Assembly: GCA_028534125.1 (NCBI GenBank)
Contig: CM052818.1
Span: 46,068,001-46,132,000, forward strand
Source of the DNA: Lama glama
Lineage: Eukaryota
Direction of reading: 5' to 3'
Length of the DNA: 64,000 nt
Shown: piece by piece, positions 54,211 through 64,000 of the stretch
Layout of the letters: the number at the start of each line of letters is the position of its first letter
Position numbering within the stretch: the first letter of the stretch is position 1
Translations under genes and position numbers: made by a program
The notes under the pieces: generated by a model
Told to the model about the DNA's origin: nothing
What the model saw: the letters and a program-made list of their open reading frames with translations, nothing else
Database searches by the model: none

Positions 54211-56574
54211 TCTTATAATAGTGTATTACTTATGCTTAAATTCATGCTGACAATTATTTTAAAAAAGGTCAGTGGGTATTCCAAAGGTATTAATGATGGT
54301 ATATTTATGTTTATGGAATTCTAACAAGAATTTAAACTAATTGAATGATTATAATCCTTTAAACCATTTAGAGCTATCAACCTTTTACTAAGTACTGTCT
54401 TCCAAAAGATTTTACTAACTTCCAGAGGATTTTAATGCATGTTTTTTCTATGTAGATCTATATGTATATAGGTGATACAGATAACATAGATTTATCTCAT
54501 TTTTAAAGCTGCATAAATCTTCCTATTGCATAAAATTTTAACAATTTTATTGACTAGTACTCTATAGACGGATATTGTTTAATCAAAGTGATTTTTTTCC
54601 CTGAAACTAATAATGCTCCAGTGAGTATCTTTATAAATATACCTAGTCTGGGTATTTTTATAGGATGCATTTCTAAAATGTGAACTCCTGGGCTAGGTCA
54701 AGGGTACACACGTTATAAATGTTTATTAAAATTGACATGTTTCTTCCTAAAGACATTAGACCAGGTTATTCTTCTAGCAACAGTATATGAGTTCACCTGT
54801 TTCCTGTTTTCCTTGTCAATACTCGGTTTTATCAGCCTTTAACTTTTGTTCCTCTGAAAGGGGTAGTATCTTACAGTTTTGATGTTCATTTTATGTGAAG
54901 TTGATCATCTTTTCATGTGTTCATAAGTCATTTGTTTTATTTTGCTGTCTGCCTTTTCATACCCATGTACCATTTTTCTGTTGGGTTTATCCTTTTAGTT
55001 ACTGAATTGTCGTAGTGCTTAGTATATTAAGAAAATGAGTCCATCATCACATGTGTTACTGATGTTTTATGCAAATATTTTTTACTATATCTATTTTTAT
55101 TTTTCCTAATCATTACCATCATCAGATTATTTTTGAATAATTTCTTTTTGTTAGATTTTACGTCAAAATATTGCAGTATTGGTTACGTAGCTTCTAGACC
55201 TATAGCAAATTTGAGCACAATGGTGACCATGATAATAGCTATAGTTTCTTAGGTGTATTGTGTCATTTACTTCGGTAGGCACTTCACATATATTACCTCT
55301 AATTCTTACTATCCCCTGCATAGAGGGTTTTGTTATTCCCATTTTGAAGGCAATCCCTCCAAAAAAAAACACCCCAAAAACTGTGGCTCAGAGAGGTTAG
55401 GTATGTTGCCCAAGTTCACTCAGCTAGAGAGTGGAAGATAAAGGATTTGAACATAAGTCTGATTCCAAAACCTGTATAATTTCTGCTATGCTGATGGGGA
55501 GTTTGGTGAAGGAGTGGAGATATCGTAGCAAGAATTGAGTAGGAGCAAAGGAAGAGCGGGGGAAACTTTAAAATGACAAGAACTCAAAATTTAGTTTTCT
55601 GGGTTTCTTCTGAAGTTAGACTTGAGGTGGCTGTAGAATCCTTGCTCTAGGGTCAGATATTGCCGTGGACTAACATACTTCTCTGTCATGTCTAATAGAT
55701 GACATTGATTCATTAAGAACAAGTTAAACAATAACTACTTCTTATCTTCTGTGCAAGGAAGCAGAGAAGTTTGTAATTAAAATTTTCACCTTAAATGTTA
55801 ATGGGAAATGTGTCTAACAGTCTGTGAGAACTTTGTACCAAGTACTTTAAAGGAGTTTATTTCATTTCACCCTCAAAACCGTTCAGTTTGTAAGTGGTAT
55901 TATTTCCATTTGTAGATGAAGAAAACTTAGATTTAGAGGTTAAGGCCAAGATCAAACAGTGAATAGGTGTTGGAGACAGGATGTGAGCCAGGTTTATCAG
56001 ACTCCAAAGCCCATGCCCTTTCTTAAAAAAAATTGGGCTACTTGAAATGATCAGTTGGTAGATGACTGAACTTACCTATGTGAAGTCACTCATTATTTGA
56101 TGGTGATGATAAATGAGAAGATTTTGTGTTTTTAAATGATAGAGGAAAGCAAAATAATTTAAGATCATAAAATTAAATTTTGATGTGACTGACCATTAAT
56201 GGTTGAAAAAGTGTGGAAACACTAAGAGATTGCATAATGAATTAAAAAGTAATTTTATGAAAAAAACCCCAAAATTTGCCTAGAAGTTCCACTTCCTCTT
56301 TTTTAATAAATCAAGAAATACTATTATTCTAAAGTAATGAAAAAGTTAGTAAATTTGTTTTAATACTATTTTGGATAATGCTATAATTTTTTTGGAAAAA
56401 AGTATTTGTTCCTCTTACAAGTGAAATATCGTAAATTATTTGAAGAGTACTAGAATTGATATAGCAATTAAAGTGATATATACCCAGACCATAAATGGTC
56501 CACTTTATGGATCATTAAAAATAGATATGAGGTACAAGCTTCCTCAAAAACTTACATTGTTTATAAAAAAGTGA

Positions 56575-56760
56575 TGAGGGTATAATGATATACAGCATGG
56601 TGACCACAGTTAATAATATTGTACTACATATTTGAAAGTTAGATTTTTAAACAGTAGATCTTAAAAATTCTCAACACAAGAGAAAAAAATTATAACTATG
56701 TGAGGTGATGGATGTTAACTAGACTTCTTGTGATGATCATTTCATAGTATATACAAAAGA
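56575..56760 (+). mobile_element. L1 3'UTR fragment
   Basis: tacagcatggtgaccacagttaataata...gtagatcttaaa...tgtgaggtgatggatgttaact. Confidence 0.65.
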
Positions 56761-57996
56761 AGATAGGAAAGTAATGTTAATTCACGCTGATTAACACCAG
56801 TTTGCAGTCACCGTAAATCCTTAAAGGTCAGAAAGATACATGAAAATGCTAAAGGAAGTCTGTAAGTACATGACAACATAATTTGGGGGAGGATAAAGTA
56901 AAATATAAATTCTGACTGACATCTTCTGTTGGAGGTTTTATAGCTCAAAGGTGAACATTGGAAACTCAAAAAACAGGAGTTTTACCAATACTTGGTCCTT
57001 ATTTTTACAATATAGCAGATGCATAGATAATGAAGAGTGCAGCGCTAGTGATTTTTTTTTCTGGGAAAGAACATTAAGTAAAAATAAAATTGAGACTCCT
57101 AGAGAGTCTTAAACTAAACAATAAGGCGTTTGTAAGACGGATGCTCTTCTTTTCAAAGTTCTCAGCATAACTGACAGGGGAAAAAAATTGTAACTGTGAA
57201 TGTGTGGGAAGATATGTTTTAGGATAGCAGGAGAAAATGTTCCATGGTTTTCTGAAATAATGTTCTATTGTCTGTCCTTCCCAATGACCAGTTAAAAACC
57301 ACAGAATTACCTTGTTATGCTCAAAAAGTTAAAAAAATATTTGTTGCCATGGAGACGGTCCCAGTCTAGATTCTTCCTGGCAGTTTAGACTTATGGAAAC
57401 CCATGAAGAAGTAACATTTTATCATTTCAACACCATAGTTGACAAAATTAGTTCCTGTGGCTGAGATGAAAAACATACCTTTATCTTTGTTGTTCATGGG
57501 CACACTGAAAGAACTCTATAAATGATGATTGAAAATTCTTGCTCACCACACGCAGTTTTTATGTCAGGAATGAAACTCGTAGAAAACAAGAGTATTAAGC
57601 TAACTAAAAAGCTGGAGTGTGTAGTTTCAAGTGTGTACTGGGTACCTTATATTTACTTTCCTCATGGTAATTGCAGATTACTTTTTTCAAGTTAAGTTCT
57701 CTTTAGAAGGAGAAAAGAAGCAGGAGTACTTCTAAATATAGGAAGTAGCATTAATTTGCACAGCAATAAGGCCACCTTGATTGCTGGAGGCCCCATAGTA
57801 CAGGCATTTGAAATAAACTAAATTCAATGTTCAGTTTCACCATTTACTGGCTGTGTAACCTTGAGTATGTTGATTAACCTCCAAGCCTCAATTTTTACTG
57901 TGTGAAGTAGAGACAACGTACAGAGCAGCTGGCGCTGAGTAGGTGCTCAATAAATGGTACCCAGTAATCTCAGTCTTTAATAACTTTTGAGGAAAT

Positions 57997-58089
57997 AAAT
58001 AAGGACACACAACTGGAGAGTTTAAGGTTGGAGTCCTTACTTAAATTAGGGACTCCAACCTTAAACTCTCCAGGTGTATTTCCTTATTT
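57997..58089. repeat. Inverted repeat: 24-bp perfect stem with imperfect outer arms
   Basis: ctggagagtttaaggttggagtcc (58013-58036) / ggactccaaccttaaactctccag (58050-58073). Confidence 0.95.
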
Positions 58090-58363
58090 TTTAGAGTCTC
58101 CAGAAAAGATGAATGTATAAGCTCTTTGAATGTTTTTCCCCTCCAGTTTTAGTTTCTTTTGATCTGCTGAGTTCTCACAACTAAAGAAATTAGTCTGTCC
58201 TTACTGGCAGTGTTAACTCTTAAGTACCACAGTGAAATAGTGGTTATAACTTGCATAGTACTTTATTAATGTCAACTCTCTTGTCAACTTCATAAGTTTA
58301 ATTAAATGAAAATAGGCTTGGTTTCTGTGCTTAGAGTAACGTACGGATGCATTCTTTCTTTAG

Positions 58364-58494
58364 GCATTTTAAATTATACCTGACGTCAAGTACTGAACGG
58401 TTTTCCCAAAATTTCAAAGTCGTGGTGGTTGATGGGAAAAATGAAAGCGAGTATCCAGTCAAATGGCAGGACTTCTTCAGTGGGCATGTGGTTG
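58364..58494 (+). CDS. ADAM17: ADAM17 exon 3 (prodomain), 131 bp
   Basis: ctttag|G CAT...GTT G|gttagt; [43 protein letters not shown](G). Confidence 0.96.
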
Positions 58495-58564
58495 GTTAGT
58501 AGATTTATTTGCTTGTCCTTGTGTCTAGTGGGTTGGGTGTCCAGACTGAACTTGATTGCATGTT

Positions 58565-58718
58565 CTTTTTTTTTTTAATTAAAATTTTTTTTAAATAATT
58601 AATTTAGGGGGTTATTTATTTATTTATTTTCAATGGAAGTACCAGGGATTGAACCCTGGACCTCATGCATGCTAAGCACACACTCTACCACTGAACCGTA
58701 GTGCCCGCCCCCTCCCCG
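58565..58718 (-). mobile_element. tRNA-derived SINE (vic-1-like) ~70 bp downstream of the ADAM17 exon 3 donor
   Basis: SINE core with (TTTA)n tail; TSD-like gcatgttctttt / gcatattctttt. Confidence 0.86.
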
Positions 58719-59444
58719 GCATATTCTTTTTGAGGGGAGGAAAAAGAGGTCAGTAAAGTGCTACTGTTTGTCTTTTATCTGAGCTTGGTACTCTGGAAGC
58801 AGAGACATTCAAACAGGAGGAAATGAGTATACCCAGCATGTCCTCCTAGCCAGCTCTATTGATGGTTAAAGGGATTTCCTCTTAAGTCATGTAAATTTAA
58901 CCTCTTGTCTCTGGGGAAGGATTGTAGGCTTCCCTTATGAGATTGGAAACAAAGAAAGATAGGAGATAAAGTAACTGACTCTATGGTCCTGTTACGTATT
59001 TATTTAAGAAAATATATCAAGCAATTTCAGTTTTACTTCTGGAAATTTTTTTGCAATAAGAAAAAAAAAAAGACACTAAAATACCCAAATAGTACAGTTC
59101 ATGACCTGTATATTCTGAATCATGCTTCCTGCCTCCTCTTAGTTCTTTCTTACCCCAAATTAGGTAAAATTATTCCAGAAGAAAAATCTACACTCTGTTT
59201 TGTTTTATAACACACTCTAGATAATTCTCCTAAGAGGTTTGTGGGAAAGAGGCCAGTTTCAGATGAGTAGGAGGTGAGACTGCCCAGCTGCTTTCTGGGC
59301 AGTGTTGCTTGGGGGTAGATCCCTGCAGTGCCGAGGCGCATTCCACACGGATGAAGGCCTTGGCTGATTTTTATTGACAGTAGTGCATAGTTTATTTTTT
59401 GATTTAAATATTTTTTAATAATGACTTTTTTTTTTCCTCTTAAG

Positions 59445-59533
59445 GTGAGCCTGATTCTAGGGTTCTAGCCCACATAGGAGATGGTGATATTACAATAAGA
59501 ATCAACACAGATGGGGTGGAATATAATATAGAG
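59445..59533 (+). CDS. ADAM17: ADAM17 exon 4 (prodomain), 89 bp
   Basis: cttaag|GT GAG...ATA GAG|gtaagt; (G)[29 protein letters not shown]. Confidence 0.95.
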
Positions 59534-60959
59534 GTAAGTCTACATGTGAACTTTTTTCTTAGGAGCAAATATCTCTGATTTTTAGAAAGCCTTTTCTCTC
59601 AGTTGTTTTAAGAAGAAAAAGGTCTTTAATTATACTTACTTTTCTCCTTGTATTTAAAGCTTTTTGTTTTAACCAGGAAAATAGATGAATTTAAAAAAAA
59701 AGTTTTTTTTTAACATAGCTAAGACTGTCATAAGATGCACTCTGTATTTTTAAGTACTATAATTGAGAGAAAGTCACATGTTGGGTGGAAAATAGGATGA
59801 GAAAACTTTCTTTCCCTCATTTTTTCTTTATTCTTTCTTAATAATCCTACTGGAAGTGTAAACATTCTCAAAAGTGAAGGCGAATTCTTGTTTCTTTGTT
59901 TCTCTCGTTCCCTCCTAGGTGTTCTAGATAAGCAAGATAAATAAAAGGTGATAGTTCATAGTCTGAGAAGTTCAAAGAGGAAACTATAGGAAAATCAGGC
60001 TCTGGCCACTCTTCTGTTGAAATACTAGCATTAGAAACCAAGACTGAACTGGCCACGTCTGTGCAGGATGCTTCCCTGTATGTCAGATGCTAGTCCAGAA
60101 AACAAAATGGTTGCCACAGATTTGTGACTGAAGAGTTTCTGCATCCCTAGGAAAATGAGAATGCTCTGGGTAGGGGTGGTATCACTGAAACAGAACACTT
60201 GTGGGAAAACTATCACTGAGATTGATCAGAATGAAAGTTTCAGGTATATTTGAGTGCCGTTAGGGGTAAGACAGGGTGCTGCTGCTGTAGTTACTGTAAT
60301 TGTTCATAACGTTCCTACTGCCTGGCCATGGTCATTTGTCTAGCTATCACTGTGAAGAAGCAATGTCTGTCTCTGGCCATGCAGTCACTTCGGTCTGTTA
60401 ATGTTGAGATTATCTGATGTCAGTGTTTTGGGGAGTGTGGCACACCAGAGTGAGTCAGCAAATTAGCACAAAGTAAATGAGCATTTGCTCTAGAACAGGC
60501 AAATCAACCAAGTCTTAAATTTACTTATTCATTCAATTTATTTTTTTTAAAGTACTTTTTTACACAGTCCCTAAAAAATTCAGAAAATAGATTACCCACT
60601 ACTGGGAGATATAAGTATTAACATTTTGATGAATATCTTTCCAGGTTTTTTTTTTCTATACATATAGACACAAATAAGTAGTTATACAGAGAGGTTTTTC
60701 CTATAAAATTAGGACCATATAATATGTATAGTTTGTTTTCAAATATTTTTCATATAACTATGTAATAATGAACATTTTTCCATGTTAGTAAATGAAGATC
60801 TAAATTAGGGTTTTAAATAAATGCTACCTGTTGGTTCATTGAAACATTGCACCATTTATTTAACCAATCCACCACTGACGCTCAATTATTTCATTTCTAA
60901 TTTTTGGAATTAAAAACGCTGTGGTGAACAGCTGTTGGGCATGCCTCTTGGTGCATGCA

Positions 60960-61350
60960 TTTAGTTAGAACAGTCTTGGTGGTGAGAAGCAGCCAGCCTG
61001 GAGAGCTGTAGGAAACTGCCTGGGCTGTGCTGAGTTTCACGTCGGCGGCTCCCATGGCTCTGTAGCTGCACACATTGCTCATCGAGGCCGATGTGGGTCG
61101 GGTGGTCCTCCTCCACCTTGTAGCTTTGACATCTGGACAGATGTTCTCTGAGGTTGCCACAGAAGGGAAACATAAGGAGAATCCCACGGGGGACTTTTAA
61201 TGGCCCGGCTTGGAAGTGGCCTACATCATTCCACTCACATGCTTAGAGCTCTTGTCCCTGACCTGCCTTCCAAGGAGCCTGGGAAAGATAACCTCCTGTG
61301 CTCAGAAAGATGACACAGTGTAGGGAATGCACAGCATCGCTTCTGCCATG
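60960..61350. mobile_element. Probable old MaLR LTR relic
   Basis: GC-richer block with ggcttggaagtggcctacatcattccactcacat, MLT1-like 3' portion. Confidence 0.4.
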
Positions 61351-61649
61351 GTGCATGTGCTTGCTCATTTCCTTAGGGTAATCTATTAATTCTTCATCCA
61401 AAATGTGTGCATTTAGGATGCAAATTAAATTTGCTCAGATTCCTCACTTTTCCAAATGCTTCCCTTTGGGAGAATTAGGAATTGTTTCCATCCATACTTG
61501 TCTGTTTCACTAAATACAAAAATGACCATAATTAATATTCACTGTGAGATGTTCACTTAAAAGTGAACTCATCAGGTTTACTGAAGGACTTTTGCATGAG
61601 ATTAATAATTTTTTAAACTGAAAAAGTGGTTTATTACTTAGAAGCTTAC

Positions 61650-62265
61650 GACCCTTCCCCTCCCCACCTCAACTATCCCAGCCCTAGGAAACCACTAATC
61701 TACTCCCTGTCTCTTTAGATTTGCCTTTTTGTTTTAGATTTGCTCGGTCATTTCGTACAAATGGAATCACACAATATGTGACTTCTTTCACTTAGAATGT
61801 TTTTGAAGTTTTTCCGTATTATATAGCATGTGTCAATTATACCGTTTCTTTTCATGGCCAAATAATATTCCATTGTATGGACACACACCACATTTTGTGT
61901 ATTCATTCATCAGCTGGACATTTGGGTTGCTTCCACTTTTGGGCTATTATGAATAATGCTGCTGTGAGCATTTGTGAAAAGTTTTTGTATGAGCATGTAT
62001 TTTCATTGCTCTTGGATATAGAACACACTGGGAATGGAATTGCTGTCATATGGTGCCTCTGTTTGTAACCTTTTAAGGAACCACCAGACAGTTTCCCACA
62101 GTGGCTATACTTCATATTCTCACTGTTTCACATTTACTGCGTTTTACATTCCACGTCCCATTCTTACTGGCAGGAGATGAGGGTTTCTCCACATCCTTGC
62201 CAACACTTGTTATATGTCTTTTTGATTACAGCCGTCCTTGTGGGTATGAAGTGATTTTCATTTCC
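61650..62265 (-). mobile_element. L1 3' fragment (L1MB-like)
   Basis: ORFs 61903-62115(-) AALFIIAQKWKQPKCP and 62164-62373(-) NKCWQGCGE. Confidence 0.82.
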
Positions 62266-62995
62266 AGGATGGATGTGGAGATACATACATATATCCACAT
62301 GGCCTTTCTTGTACAAGCTGCCTGGTTCTGATGAGACCAGAGAAGAACTTTGTTTTGAAAAAGATAGCCACATCCTCTTGTCTTGGGTAATCTTGCCAGT
62401 ATGTTAGTGCTGATTTACTGTGGCCACACAATGTATGAGTGAAGATTTAAAAAAACAAAAAGAGGCTTTCTCTGAAATCAGTAAGTTTTAGGCATATCGT
62501 TGCAGTTTTTCAGGTTTCTCTCATGAAAATGTGTGTGTTCTTTCCTGTGCATAAACTCTATCATGGCAAAAAGATGTTAAGGAAATGAGAATGAAAATCC
62601 CATGAGAATACTGTCTTGTCTAAATTTGATTCCTAATATGTTCATCACCTAGAACGGTGCCAGCATACAGTAGGTGCTACATAAGTATTTTTGAATGAAT
62701 GAACAGAAAAGGATATGCATTTCCTCTTCTGGATCTTCTAAAAGATTTTATAACTTGTGAAAATAAGGCTTTTTTCATATACAGATAAAATCAGAGAGTG
62801 AATAACCCATGTACTTATTTACCAGCATAGATACTCTGATAAAAATTGAAATGATTTATTTTCAGTAAAATGACTAGTTAGTTTACTTAACCTGGAAATG
62901 AATGTTACCTAAAAACAAGGAAAGGGCGTTGTAAGAATTTCATGTTTAGAAATTTTTATATTTTCAATCTCAGTTTTATTTGTTTTCTATTTTAG

Positions 62996-63164
62996 CCACT
63001 TTGGAGACTAATTAATGATACTAAAGACAAAAGAATGTTAGTTTATAAATCTGAAGATATCAAGAATGTTTCCCGTTTGCAGTCTCCAAAAGTGTGTGGT
63101 TATATAAAGGCGAATAATGAAGAGTTGCTTCCAAAAGGGCTGGTAGACAGAGAGCCGCCTCATG
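62996..63164 (+). CDS. ADAM17: ADAM17 exon 5 (prodomain with cysteine switch), 169 bp
   Basis: ttttag|CCA...CAT G|gtaaga; [56 protein letters not shown](E); PKVCGY motif. Confidence 0.96.
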
Positions 63165-63383
63165 GTAAGACTAAAAAAATGTATTTCAAATAAGAAACAA
63201 GCATAACAGCTGTCTTCACTTCAGTAGGGGTGGTTGTTAATTGATTAAAAAAAACATGATTATCAAGTAACTACAGTATTGAAAGTAGAGTTTTGTTCAG
63301 AAATTTCTTAAGTTAATTTTTTGTCTATAATGTACATATGAATAAATATATTAAAATAGATGAAACAAATGAATTAAAAATTG

Positions 63384-63524
63384 TTTTTTATTTGGAGGAG
63401 AGGTAAGTAGGCTTTTTTATTTTTAATTAGGTTTATTTATTTAATGGAGGTACTGGGGATTGAACCCAGGACCTCGTGCATGCTAATAAGCATGTGCTTT
63501 ACCACTGAGCTATACCCTCCCCCC
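63384..63524 (-). mobile_element. tRNA-derived SINE (vic-1-like) in ADAM17 intron 5
   Basis: ggaggtactggggattgaacccaggacctcgtgcatgc...accactgagctataccctcccc. Confidence 0.87.
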
Positions 63525-63885
63525 AAAACAAACTAATTTTTAAATGTTTGATTATCTGGATATTTTTACCATTACTTGGGTTAATTTGTAAACTTCTTCT
63601 AGAAGAAAATGACACTTTCATAGCCCAGCAATAAATAGGTTATTGTTTTATTCTGATAAATACTTTTGCACTTTTCCTTGGTTTTGAATTATACAATTTC
63701 AAAACCTCATATTACTTTTTCACTTTTCTGTCTTACCCTAAATTGTTTTTTTGTTCAAGATACCGTTAAGGATACTGAGCTCAAATAATATTTGTTTCAA
63801 AAATATGTTAGATTTAAAATGTTACTATAAAAAACTCCTTGTTTTGATGAATTTTGATTTAATAGTGCATACAAATTCATATTAG

Positions 63886-64000
63886 AGCTTGTCCATCGGG
63901 TGAGGAGAAGAGCTGACCCTAATCCCATGAAGAACACGTGTAAATTACTGGTGGTAGCAGATCATCGCTTTTACAGATACATGGGCAGAGGGGAGGAGAG
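63886..64000 (+). CDS. ADAM17: ADAM17 exon 6 (furin site and start of metalloprotease domain), truncated by window end
   Basis: tattag|AG CTT...; (E)[37 protein letters not shown]; in frame with exon 5. Confidence 0.95.

Overview
Mammalian genomic DNA, most likely camelid: seven copies of a tRNA-derived SINE resembling vic-1 are present. Two known protein-coding genes lie in tandem on the + strand. (1) YWHAQ (14-3-3 theta): the end of a long intron (1-24117) and three coding exons (24118-24241, 26332-26495, 27171-27266). Its last exon and 3'UTR are not visible and probably fall in a 500-N assembly gap (27693-28192). (2) ADAM17 (TACE): a CpG-island promoter (~42770-43800) and coding exons 1-6, with exon 6 cut by the window end. 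These encode the signal peptide, the prodomain with cysteine switch PKVCGY, the furin site and the start of the metalloprotease domain. The remainder is intronic or intergenic DNA rich in L1, L2/MIR, DNA-transposon relics, MaLR/ERV LTRs and SINEs. Most ORFs in the supplied track are spurious or L1-derived. I find no convincing novel biological system. The best local oddities are a 24-bp perfect hairpin in ADAM17 intron 2, a start-stop uORF and an inverted ETS pair at the ADAM17 promoter, a recursive-splice-type motif at ADAM17 exon 4, a twin-primed inverted L1, an LTR with a duplicated start plus polypurine tract, and an orphan CpG-rich edge beside the gap. Repeat family names come from recalled consensus sequences, not from a search.
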